Positions 1 to 10,961 of a DNA stretch of 64,000 bases are shown here, one piece after another. Origin of the DNA: Octopus sinensis (lineage: Eukaryota); assembly GCF_006345805.1 (NCBI RefSeq), contig NC_043003.1, forward strand, positions 29,078,001 through 29,142,000, in the 5' to 3' direction. Each line of letters starts with the position of its first letter. Positions within the stretch are counted from its first letter, which is position 1. The position numbers and the translations under genes were made by a program. The notes below the pieces were generated by a model. That model saw only the letters and a program-made list of their open reading frames with translations, was not told the origin of the DNA and searched no databases.

Positions 1-99
1 TATTTTACCGTTACATTTTTTGTCATCAGTTTTATATTCACTTTTGTTCGCTGCTGGTATATTATTTTTATGTTTATTTTAACAATGTGCCGTGTTATG

Positions 100-395
100 A
101 ATATTGTTTCCATCATTAATTGTTTTCTTATGAAAATTTTGTTAAGAATCTATGTGTCTTTTTACTAATGAGTTATCAGTATTGCTTCAATCATTAATCG
201 TCACTTTTGTAAGATGTTTTGTAAAGTATACGTTTTTTATTTACTAATTTATATAAACCTTGCTTCTATAATTAATTATCTGTTTTCTAATTAAAATTCT
301 GTAAAGTGTCGATGTGTTGTCTACTAATGCTTTATCAGTATTGCTTCTTTCATGAACTCTCATTTTCAGTAGGAGATTTTGTAAAGTATACATGT
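100..395. repeat. Degenerate ~80-bp tandem repeat (left part; resumes at 1913 after the CR1 insertion)
   Basis: Recurring unit gtaaagt(gtcg/atac)atgtgtt..tactaatg..ttatcagtattgcttc at about 161, 221, 301, 381; same unit at 1981-2040. Confidence 0.55.
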
Positions 396-638
396 GTTCT
401 TTTATCTTTTCCCTTGTACTGGTTTCAGCCAGAAGCTGGGACCAAGCTGGATAATTGCCTTTTCTGTACTGTTTCTCGTGAAGTAACGAGTTGGACGGAA
501 CTAATCTTCTTTGTGCTTGCTGCTGCGATGTGGCTTCATCTGGTACCTCAGATAAAAAATTTGCCCAGATGCGCTGTAAAGACCTCTCAACTTATGCCTC
601 GCCAATCTCTGAGGTTGTTTGTCAGAATGATGAATATA

Positions 639-803
639 GGCGCAGGAGTGGCTGTGTGGTAAGTAGTTTGTTTACCAACCACATGGTTCCGGGTTCAGTC
701 CCACTGCGTGGCACCTTGGGAAAGTGTCTTCTACTATAGCTTCGGGCCGACCAAAGCCTTGTGAGTGGATTTGGTAGACGGAAACTGAAAGAAGCCCGTC
801 GTA

Positions 804-845
<42 letters not shown>

Positions 846-1072
846 ATATATATATGCGTGTGTGTGTTTGTCCCCCTAGCATTGCTTGACAACCGATGCT
901 GGTGTGTTTATGTCCCCGTTACTTAGCGGTTCGGCAAAAGAGACCGATAGAATAAGAACTGGGCTTACAAAAGAATAAGTCCCGGGGTCGAGTTGCTCGA
1001 TTAAAGGCGGTGCTCCAGCATGGCCGCAGTCAAATGACTGAAACAAGTAAAAGAGTAAAAGAGTAAAGAGAG
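639..1072 (+). mobile_element. tRNA-derived SINE family A, full length, nested in CR1
   Basis: Head GGCGCAGGAGTGGCTGTGTGGTAAG..GGTTCAGTCCC (A/B-box-like), central (TA)n/(TG)n, tail CCAGCATGGCCGCAGTCAAATGACTGAAACAAG(TAAAAGAG)n; homologous copies at 23879, 28627, 29469. Confidence 0.9.
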
Positions 1073-1220
1073 TTATGGACCCTTGAAACCTAAGCTTTTG
1101 CAGTACTGAGCCCTTCTATTCTAGATGGAGAATATAGGATTTTTGGTACTATATAGTACCGTGCAGTTCGGTGGTTGGTATAGCTTTCCGTTCCAAAGTT
1201 GGGAGCTATACTTTCCAGGA

Positions 1221-1224
<4 letters not shown>

Positions 1225-1257
<33 letters not shown>

Positions 1258-1292
1258 ACACACACACACACACACCACACACACACACCACA

Positions 1293-1362
<70 letters not shown>
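1225..1362. repeat. (CA)n(TA)n compound microsatellite inside the CR1 coding region
   Basis: Direct reading; both flanks are in-register CR1 sequence. Confidence 0.95.
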
Positions 1363-1365
<3 letters not shown>

Positions 1366-1912
1366 TGCATATCTTTCACGCCTTCTCTCTAGGGAGTAAT
1401 GCTTCAGTTCCTTTAGCTTCTCTCAGTAGCTCATCTGTTTCACCGGGTCAATTTTGTATGCGTTGGGTAGCTGGATCGCCTCGAGTTCCGCCACCAATTT
1501 GATAGTCTGTGTTGATCACTGTTGGAAGCAATAATCAAGATGTCTTAGAACGAAAATTCTCCATAGGAGTAGCATGGTATCCTTTTCACTGATTCTGAAT
1601 GATCTCAGAATCCATCTAGCAACTCGCCTGCGCAGTGTTTTCATCTTGGAATATTGTATCATTACTTATGTGGATTCCCAGGTCACGCATGTGAATTGCC
1701 AAGTCACGCACCACTGGCCCTGTGTATTCGATTGTAGTCTGTCTATGGGCCGAGAGATGTTATTTTCACCAGTCCTTTTATATATCGCATTGAAGTCGTT
1801 TTGCAGTTTTAATACGTCAATAGGGTCTTTGATCGTCTGTGATACCTTTGTATCATCACTGAAGACGGTGAGAGTGGCTGACTGCATGGCTAAGGGCATG
1901 TCTGAGAGAGCG

Positions 1913-2065
1913 TATAAGTTTACTAATGTTTTAAAAGCATTGTTTCTATAATTAATCATCTGTTTTCTGCTGGAAATTCCGTAAAGTGTCGATGTGTTGT
2001 TTACAAATATTTTATCAGTATTGTTCAATCATTAATTGCCTGTTCTGTGGGGAATTTCCGTAAAG
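1913..2065. repeat. Degenerate ~80-bp tandem repeat (right part)
   Basis: gtaaagtgtcgatgtgttgt identical at 301-320 and 1981-2000. Confidence 0.55.
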
Positions 2066-2226
2066 TAAAAATGTTCAGTTCTCTTGTGATTTCCTGTTAA
2101 ATTTTGCTTATTCAAAGAGTTTTCAGAGACGTTTAAGGTAAGTGGTGAACTAGGCAATATCTCCAGCTTAGATATACAACGTTTGTTAAGCAAATTTTCG
2201 AGTGCAGAATTTCTGCTTTGGTTTGC

Positions 2227-2428
2227 AACAGTGGATCTCGAAGCATACACCAAGCTATAGATAGTAGTAAGTAAATATTGAGTTGGAAATCTCATTTGAA
2301 TAGAAAAAATTGAAGGCTGCTCGTGGGACCGACATCCCCTTTCACTTATTCTATCCTAAAAAGTTTTCCAACTCAATATTTGGAAGCTTTTATTTATAGC
2401 TTTATGCGTGCTTCGAGGTACACTGTTC
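2227..2428. repeat. Old inverted repeat (~63-bp arms), MITE-like
   Basis: aacagtggatctcgaagcat..aaatattgagttggaaa (2227-2289) is imperfectly reverse-complemented at 2364-2428. Confidence 0.45.
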
Positions 2429-2834
2429 CAAAAAGTGAGTTATTTCACGATCTCCTGAAAGTTTATAAATTCTCATGACGTCAGCATCTATACACACACA
2501 CACATTTACGTATCATATATATGCATATGTGTGTCTGTGTGTACGTATGTATGTATGTATGTATGCATGCATGTATGTATGTATGTATATTCAGTGAGGT
2601 GAAGCAATATTACTCACAAAACTTAGAGGGTTGTAACCCAGATGAATAAATCATTTGTTTATTAGAACTTCGGCTTTAAACACGAGATTCGTGTTGTTCT
2701 GGCTCTCAGTTACGTAAAACCGTTGTGGTCACGTGGAATATTGTTTATACGAAAACGTGTAACAACTAACAGTAAACGATAAAGATTATAATAACTATTA
2801 AATATATATATATATATAATATTATATATATATA

Positions 2835-2898
<64 letters not shown>

Positions 2899-3238
2899 CA
2901 TACATATTTATGTATATATATATACATATATATACACATATTTATATATATATATATATGATGGTAGGGAGGGCAGGAAATTTATGCGAAGTTGCGAAGA
3001 ATTACGGCTTCATGAAATCACGTGCGCTGCATCCCACCTGTTTGGCAAGTTTTGAGAAAAGACATAAATCGTGATTTTGAGGAATAATTGAGCAAGAAGA
3101 AACATTCGTATTTATAGAAGCGTCTGTTCTCATCTCTGATATCCATTACATACAGTAATGGTTGTTTCCTTCGTCCATATATCTATATACATATATATAT
3201 AATAACTGTATATGATATATGCCATATATATATATATT

Positions 3239-3285
<47 letters not shown>

Positions 3286-3333
3286 GTGTGCGTGTATATA
3301 TATATATACATTATATATAATATATATATATAT

Positions 3334-3379
<46 letters not shown>

Positions 3380-3452
3380 ATATTTGAGTCGAGTCATAAT
3401 TAATAACGCCTATAAACACACAGATTGTTGTTGATGTTGCTGTCACTGCTGC

Positions 3453-3485
<33 letters not shown>

Positions 3486-3711
3486 TGCTTGTTTTAGTAT
3501 ATATTACACTTTTTTGTATATATTCTCAAAGTATTTGATGTTTATTTATGTCCCCGAAAATATATTTTGCTACACAAATCTGTAGCTTTCTCTCTCTCTC
3601 TCTCTCTCTCTCTCATACACACACACAAGCACACACACAAACACACACACACACAAAGTCATACACATATGCATGTATATGTGTTTATACTTGTGTATAT
3701 ATACATATACG

Positions 3712-3795
<84 letters not shown>

Positions 3796-4494
3796 CAGAC
3801 AGATAGATAGGAATAGACAGTTAGACAGATGGTCAGACAGGCAGGTTGGCATATAGAGCCAGAGTGAGAGTTAGAAACATTATGTACGTACATACATACG
3901 CGTACACACACGTACATAAAAGTACATGCTGGCAAGGTATGGCCAAATTTTTAAGAAGTTCGCATCACAATGAGATCTCGGTTTCTATTCTGCAAAGGCA
4001 TTTTGAGTAACTGTCATTTTCTATAGCCTCGAATCAATCCGTAGCTTGCCAGCGAAATTGCATAGTTGGAAACTACCTAGAATTCTGCTGGATAGAGTCT
4101 GCTTAAAGCTTGAAGTTGTCACACCACAACACTGATTCCATGTGAGAATTACATTAAGTGTAAAAAGTCTGTGGAATACGTAGTCACTTCAGACAATAAA
4201 TCAATAAACGTAGTAATTTAATTATCCATACAATTATAAACTCAATCGGAAATTCTAACCGAGATCTTCCTACAAAATGCAGTCTCTATTACCAACTCGT
4301 TTAATTTATCTTGAAACGAAGATAATTTCACTAAATCAATAATTTATCTTGTGTAGTATTTCTTGAGAGTAAAAAGAGAAAAACAAAAAATAAATTTTAC
4401 CTAAACTTCATAATTTGACTGTGTTCAACAGCCGTTTCAATGGCATAAAACATCACTATTTATATAAGTACGAGTAACTATATACATATATACT

Positions 4495-6797
4495 GCCCCT
4501 AGAGAGGACACTCCAGAGTCGCGATTCGCGATGGAACAACACTGTAACAGTAGTTAGCGGTAATAAGTCTTCGCTCAGTTGACGTAGAACTAGGCGCCAG
4601 TGGCAGTTTTCGACGGTGGGAGGGATCTCAATATCTTACTGGATAGCTATCGCCCGCCTCAAGCTGGGCAGTCCCCAACCAAATAGGTCCTGTCTCGTCA
4701 CAGTCTGTCTGCCCTACAGGGTGTGTAGGATTCAGGAATATATATGTTCTGAAACATATACTGCAAACTTTGCACCAAACAAAAACGAAAAATCGAAAAA
4801 CAGGAAGCCAGTCCTTAAACTAGGTTACTGGAATATTCGGATTCTATTTCCGGGATTGCCCGACGACTATCAAGAAATCGACACCGCACGCAAAACGGCC
4901 ACCATCAACAACGAACTACTGAAGCTCCAAGTGGACATAGTGGCTCTTCAGGAAACGCGCCTGTCGGAGAGAGGAACTTTACGCGAGCAAGATTATATAT
5001 TCTTCTGGCAAGGGAAAAGCAATGGGGATGTTAGAGAACATGGAGTTAGGTTTGCAGTGAAAAACTCACTTCTGAATATAGTGGAACTCTATGATGAAGG
5101 AACAGAGAGGATGCTATATCTTCGACCGCACATGTCGGACGGACCGGCCACCTTGGTCAATGCTTACGCACCTATCTTATACTCCAATCAGGACTTGAAA
5201 GACGAGTTATACAGCCAATTGTCATCGAAGAGAAACCCTGATACTACTAGGAGACTTCAATGCTAGAGTGGGTGCCCAATCTACATCTTGGCCGGCTTGT
5301 CTAGGAAAGCACGGTATCAGGAAGATGAATGAAAATGGACAGCGCTTGCTGGAACTATGCACAATCCATGGATTGTGTGTAACTAACACATATTTCTAAC
5401 TGAAACAGCAGTACAAAGTATCGTGGATGAACCCACGTTCCAAACATTAGCACCAGCTGGACCTAATACTTACAAGACAGTATCATATGCGGAACGTGCT
5501 CATCCCCCGCTCCTTCCAGTGTGCTGAATGTGAAACGGGCCACTCTCTGATTTGCTGCAAGATCAAACTCCTCCCCCAAATCCTTCATTACGCCAGACCT
5601 GCTGGTAGGCAGCACATCGACGCCAATATGACAAAACAATCAGGCAAAGTCGCTGAATTCAGCAAAATCTTCAAACAGTCTAACACAGCTATCCCACCTG
5701 TCATGCTGAAGTATGCATTTCGTACGCAAAACGTCGGCGTTTGCCTCCACATAACTTTGGATGGTAAACTATTCAATCTGTCAAGGCTCAATACGAAGAC
5801 CAAAATCCGCAGGGTTTACGTCTGAGAGATGCTGTTTGCCGTCAACGCGACTCTAGTAGCTCATTCAGAACTGCAACTTCAAACAATGATGGACAATCTC
5901 AACCGGGCGTGCTGTGCCTTCAGCTTAACAATCAACCAACAGAAGGCCAAGGTAATGGGCCAAGGCGTCACGGTTCCTCCACCCCATCATTACCATCGAT
6001 AACCACTCACTCGATGTGGTCCGTAAGTTTACGTACTTTGGCTCAACAAATACGGATGGCCTCACACTCGACCAGGAACTGAACAGGAGAATCGAGTTAG
6101 CAGCATTGACTTTCGCCAAATTAACTCGAAAAGTGTGGTTAAACGGCAAGCTGATGAGATCCACCGAATTCACAGTCTATAAAGTACGTGTCCTCAGCAC
6201 CTTGCTATATGGTGATGGGACCTGATGCTTTTACGCCAGACAAGAACGCTGCCTGAATGCTTTTCATCTGCGCAACCTTCAGAGTATTCTCGGGGTCAAG
6301 TGGAACGACCACATCACCAACAACTAGATACTTACCCGTTCCCAGCTATTAACTACTTTCACGCTACTTCGGTAATGCCATCTCCGCTGGCTGGGACACC
6401 GGATACCTGATAGGAGGTTACCGTAAGATATACTGTATGGGGAGACGTGCTCGCGGACGACCACACCTCCGTTTCAAGGATGTGTGCAAACGTGACATGA
6501 AGGCCATGAGTATGAATACCAAAACCTGGGAAAGCATGGCAAAGGACCGTTCCTGCTGAAGACAGACGCTGAGTACCGCCCTGATGGAAGGAGATCACAT
6601 ACGTCAGGCAGCAGAGAACAGACAGAGACGCAGGAAGACCGAACCACCAACAAACGACCAACCGACCAACCATATTTGCGACCGTTGCAGCCGTGACTGT
6701 TACTCACGTATTGGCTTTGTCAGTCACAAGCGATGCTGCAACACCAAGCCAATCGAAGACGAAGATCCATAATCTTTCGAGACTAACGGATACCAAT
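4495..6797 (+). mobile_element. RTE-clade LINE with 5' UTR, APE endonuclease, large internal deletion, RT C-terminus, C-terminal CxxC..H motif and (CA)n tail; non-functional
   Basis: LKLGYWNIR, VDIVALQETRL, FFWQGK..REHGVRFAVK, NAYAP, GDFNARVG, NENGQRLLELC; jumps near 5697 to VMLKYAF..DGKLFNLSRL..MLFAVNA (FADD mutated); FTYFGS, KVRVLSTLLYG; HICDRCSRDCYSRIGFVSHKR; stops and frameshifts throughout. Confidence 0.92.
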
Positions 6798-6816
6798 CAC
6801 ACACACACACACACAT

Positions 6817-6850
<34 letters not shown>

Positions 6851-6928
6851 CATATCGCTGGCCACTGGTATAATCATTTTAATGATTATATCCTCAATTC
6901 TTACACACACATACACACACACACACAT

Positions 6929-7012
<84 letters not shown>

Positions 7013-7426
7013 CGCGCGCACGCATGCACACATACATATATATGTGCAAGTTCTATCCTAGAATCACGACCCATTCATTGGATATGCACATTATGTTCTT
7101 GCTTGCAAACTGAAGTTGGTAGCCAATCAGCTGTCCTGGAATTGAAACAAGATTCTTGTGAACGCGAAAGGAATTTCTCAACATAGTGATACTTTACTCG
7201 GTAATTCACAGTGATTGGCGGTTTTGATTTTCCCAGGACCAGGAATTTCTCCCGGAACTGCTTTGTCAATCCAGAGCATTGAATGGTAAACCCATAATTT
7301 GAGTTCTACTTAAAAATACACTTGAAGCACTTCAACTATTTTTGTCTATCAAGATTGTAACATTGCGCTTAAATTGTTTAAGACTTAGTTTAAATAGTTT
7401 AAAGATTAGTATTTCGTAATATAGAA

Positions 7427-7793
7427 GGCGGCGAGCTGGTAGAAACGTTAGCACGCCGGGCGAAATGCGTAGCTGTATTTCGCCTGCCGTTACGTTCTGA
7501 GTTCAGATTTCACCGAGGTCGACTTTGCCTTTCATCTTTTCGGGGTCGATGAAATCGACTTAATCCGTTTGTCTGTCCTTGTTTGTCCTCTCTGTGTTTA
7601 GCCCCTGTGGGTAGTAAAGAAATAGGTATTTCGTCTGTCTTTATGTTCTGAGTTCAAATTCTGCCGAGGTCGACTTTGCCTTTTATCCTTTCGGGGGTCG
7701 ATAACTTAAGTACCAGTTGCATACTGGGTTCGATCTAATCGACTGGTCCCCTCCCCCAAAATTTCGGGTCTTGTGCCAAAAGCAGAAAAGAAT
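7427..7793 (+). mobile_element. tRNA-derived SINE family B, dimeric
   Basis: Head GGCGGCGAGCTGGTAGAAACGTTAGC, B-box GTTCAGATTTC, core GCCGAGGTCGACTTTGCCTTTCATC repeated twice, tail GGTCTTGTGCC..AGAAAAGAAT. Confidence 0.88.
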
Positions 7794-7804
7794 AGACTGT
7801 TACT

Positions 7805-8072
7805 ATAACTTATCGTTCCCGAAAGGATAAAAAGCAAAACTGACCTCGGCGGGATATGAACTTAGAACATCAAAAGCCTGCATAAATATCGATATCAACT
7901 TTTGACACAAAGGCAGCAAATTTCAAGATTTACATCGAACCTAGTGTTCGACTATTACTTATTTTATCGACCCTGGAAAGACGACACCGAAAGTAGATCT
8001 GGCGTAAAGACGTATAAAATGTCGCTAAGCGTTTTGCCCGGCGTGCTAACAATTCTGCCAGTTCGCCGCCTT
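7805..8072 (-). mobile_element. Two degenerate SINE-B fragments
   Basis: Reverse-complement core (cccgaaaggat..gacctcggcg) and head (gctaacaattctgccagttcgccgcc). Confidence 0.65.
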
Positions 8073-8160
8073 AAAGCCAGCATAAATATAACTAAGTATT
8101 TCTTTTTCCCCAGAACCCTAACGATTCAGCCCACTCACTTCTTTTGTATGCAAAAATATT

Positions 8161-8551
8161 CTTTTCTACTCTAGCCACAAGCACCGAAATTTGAGGGGAG
8201 GGGTCAGTCGATTAGATCGATCCCAGTACGCAACAGGTACTTAATTCATCAACCCCGAAAGGATGAAAGGCAAAGTCGACCTCCGAGGTATTTGAACTCA
8301 GAACGTAAAGACAGACGAAATACCTATTTCTTTACTACCCACAAACACAGAGAGGACAAACAAGGACAGACAAACGGATTAAGTCGATTACATCGACTCC
8401 AATGCGTAACTGGTACTTAATTTATCGACCCCGAAAGGATGAAAGGCAAAGTCGACCTCGGTGGAATTTGAACTCAGAACGTAGCGGCAGACGAAATACC
8501 TGCTAAGCATTTCGCCCGGTGTGCTAACGTTTCTGCCAGCTCGCCGCCTAA
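8161..8551 (-). mobile_element. SINE-B dimer with 15-bp TSD
   Basis: Two core units; GTATGCAAAAATATT at 8146-8160 and 8552-8566. Confidence 0.92.
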
Positions 8552-8798
8552 GTATGCAAAAATATTGCAATATGCTACTGTATGGGTGCACATAATTGTG
8601 CAAATATGCATGTGTGGGCACGTTTGAATTGTATAAATATTTGAAAATAGAATAGAAGTGCGTGTACTTTTGCGTATACACATGTGCATATCTATATGCT
8701 TTTGAGTATATACGTTTGTACACACAGGACTATACATATGTTTGAACTTTTGAGTATAGATGTGTGTACACAAATTTGACTATATAAATATATGCACT

Positions 8799-8874
<76 letters not shown>

Positions 8875-8972
8875 AGTTAATCCAAACAAGAAAACACAAA
8901 AAACACAACAACGCAAGGACGTGGAACAAATATAGTATTATTGGACGCTGAGGAAAGAAGGAAAGAAGGAGG

Positions 8973-9007
8973 GTTTAACGTTTTGAGCGGAGCTCTTCGT
9001 CGGAAAC
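8973..9007 (-). ncRNA. Minimal type I hammerhead-like motif, H1 copy 1 (U4C, G12A)
   Basis: Minus strand GTTT-CCGACGA-A-GAGC.TCC.GCTC-AAA-ACGT-T-AAAC. Confidence 0.6.
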
Positions 9008-9151
9008 ATAGGAGAAGGAAAGATCCAGAGAAGGGAAGACAGAGGAAAAAAAAGTTAATCCAAACAAGAAAGCACAAAAAAACACAACAACGCGAGGACG
9101 TGGAACAAATATAGTATTATTGGACGCTGAGAAAAGAAGGAAAGAAGGAGG

Positions 9152-9186
9152 GCTTAACGTTTTGAGCGGAGCTCTTCGTCGGAAGC
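9152..9186 (-). ncRNA. Minimal type I hammerhead-like motif, H1 copy 2 (U4C, G12A; compensatory stem I)
   Basis: Minus strand GCTT-CCGACGA-A-GAGC.TCC.GCTC-AAA-ACGT-T-AAGC. Confidence 0.6.
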
Positions 9187-9241
9187 ATAGGAAAAGGAAA
9201 GATCCAGAGAAGGGAAGACAGAGGAAAAAAATCGCCAACCA

Positions 9242-9282
<41 letters not shown>

Positions 9283-9672
9283 GTTATGTAATTGGTGGGG
9301 CAGTTCCTCCAACAACTGCCAACAAAAAAATGATAATTTCAAAATTTTGACACCTAAAAATATCGTCCCCCACTCGCCAGACTGTTGCAAAAACTATCCA
9401 CGTTCTTATGGGTGTCATTGGAAACCTAATGCAGCTGTAAGCTCTTCAACCATGCGGCTACCATTTTATTCTAGTACTCAACCTGAGTTTTGCTTTCAGT
9501 TTGGGCCTCTTTCTCATATTCCTCAGACACATTCAGGATTAAGTATTTTTTCTGCTTCCTTCTCCAGTTCACCAATCACTGCTCTGCTATATTTATTAAT
9601 TCCAATGGCAAACAACCAGGATGTTTCGTGGATCTTGCTGCAAACCGGTTACATGTACTTCCATCATCATCG

Positions 9673-9801
<129 letters not shown>

Positions 9802-9830
9802 GATAGATAGATATAGATATAGATATATAT

Positions 9831-9863
<33 letters not shown>

Positions 9864-9941
9864 AACATTGGTTGTCAAGCAATGGGGGAAGAAACACAGA
9901 CACACGCACACACGCACATACACACACGCACACACACGCAA

Positions 9942-9973
<32 letters not shown>

Positions 9974-9983
9974 TTTTTTTTTT

Positions 9984-10135
9984 TCTCTCCTTGTTTTTTC
10001 TGTGTCTCTTTCTGTAGAAGGGCGAAGGCTCGAAACGTAAAAGACTTTTTCTATTCCTGAGCGTTATACTAATACATCTGTTTGTTTTGTACACCACCTG
10101 TCTTCGTCTTTTGTTTTTTTCGTAAACTCTCCCTA
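9984..10135 (+). mobile_element. Penelope pLTR-like repeat family H2 with hammerhead-like motif at 10007-10044
   Basis: TCTTT-CTGTAGA-A-GGGC.GAAG.GCTC-GAA-ACGT-A-AAAGA followed by gagcgttatactaatacatctg..cacc(a/t)gtcttcgtc, shared with 45095, 50655, 54545. Confidence 0.72.
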
Positions 10136-10144
10136 TATATAGGC

Positions 10145-10540
10145 TGACACGAACACTCGCATGGAGATCCACAGAGCTAACGCCAACCAACGGCGGCTAC
10201 GGCCACAGAAGGGAGGCTACAACGGCAGGTAGGAAAATAGAAGGGACGAGACGAGCGAGCGGCGAGCGCAAACAGATCGGACGGTGGCACGTTCGTCGAG
10301 CAGTACCGCGCGGAAACCTCTATCATTTTCGCTCGTCGTCCGCGCGTGCGACCTCGCTGTTGCTCGGCGGGTCTGCTGCTGCTGTGCTCCGTTACGTGTC
10401 CGCCGCGCTTTGGAGCGAGCGGCCGTCGCTGCGCAACGATGACGGTCTGGCATGGCGGAAGACGGAGGACCGAGCTGCGCGCGCTAGTCGGGCTGGAAGG
10501 AGACGAACGAAAGAAGAATTCCGTTCCTTCCCTTCCCCGG
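10145..10540. other. GC/CpG-rich island of unclear origin abutting a mariner relic
   Basis: Visibly far more GC- and CpG-rich than the AT-rich surroundings (roughly two-thirds GC by eye); no motif I recognise with confidence. Confidence 0.6.
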
Positions 10541-10544
10541 CGTT

Positions 10545-10961
10545 CAGGAAATGTCACCGGCTCAACGAAACCACCCAGCTGATACGACCCGAACGGTGTC
10601 GTGACGTGCTTCCTAAAACCAACGTTTGCCCCCACGTCGCTAATTTGACCAAAAACGCTATTCAAGAGCACGGTTGGGAAGTTCTACCGCCCCTACCGTA
10701 TTTTCCTTATATAGCGCCTTCAGATTTATTACCCCGACAGTTTCGTTCAACCACGACATGGAGTAGGAAACATGGCTCCCTGAATTCTTCGAATCAACGC
10801 CAGCTGATTTATAGTTATTGACAAGTTAGTGGAATGTTGGTTAGAAGATGTAAACAACGATAGAGAATATATCATTGACTGATTTTTTTAAATTGTTGAA
10901 AAATAAAAGATTAAAAATAGGAAAGGAAAAAAAACGAACGAATTTATCTGCCAGCTCAATA
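10545..10961 (+). mobile_element. Mariner transposase 3' half and right TIR, decayed
   Basis: HRLNETTQLIRPER..NVCPHVANLTKNAIQEHGWEVLPPLPYFPYIAPSD (DNARPH..YSPDLAPSD homologue); IDKLVECWLEDVNNDREYIID*; ends cgaacgaatttatctgccagctcaata + TA. Confidence 0.85.

Larger units (their letters stand above)
398..1912 (-). mobile_element. CR1-clade LINE, 3' third (RT C-terminus to 3' UTR), decayed; interrupted by a SINE and a microsatellite
   Basis: Minus frames give SDMPLAMQSATLTVFSDDTKVSQ (RT YADD region), RDLGI, WILRSFR..LLLWRIFVLRHLDYC, LKELKHYSLERRRERYAV, KILESIAPNFG, FLSEVPDE..PSNSLLHEK; collinear with the + strand copy at 21499-22013. Confidence 0.85.
8873..9240 (-). mobile_element. Tandem 2 x ~178-bp Penelope pLTR/retrozyme-like unit (family H1)
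   Basis: aaagttaatccaaacaag restarts at 8873 and 9051; homologous single copy at 40680-40880; each unit has a hammerhead-like motif. Confidence 0.8.

Noticed and set aside
100-395. ~80-bp repeat as a C2H2 zinc-finger array (expanded in octopus)
   Set aside because: No CxxC/HxxxH spacing or TGEKP linker in the frames I translated; stops present.
3425-3490. (GCT)n as a polyQ/polyA coding tract
   Set aside because: No supporting ORF or splice context; flanked by microsatellites.
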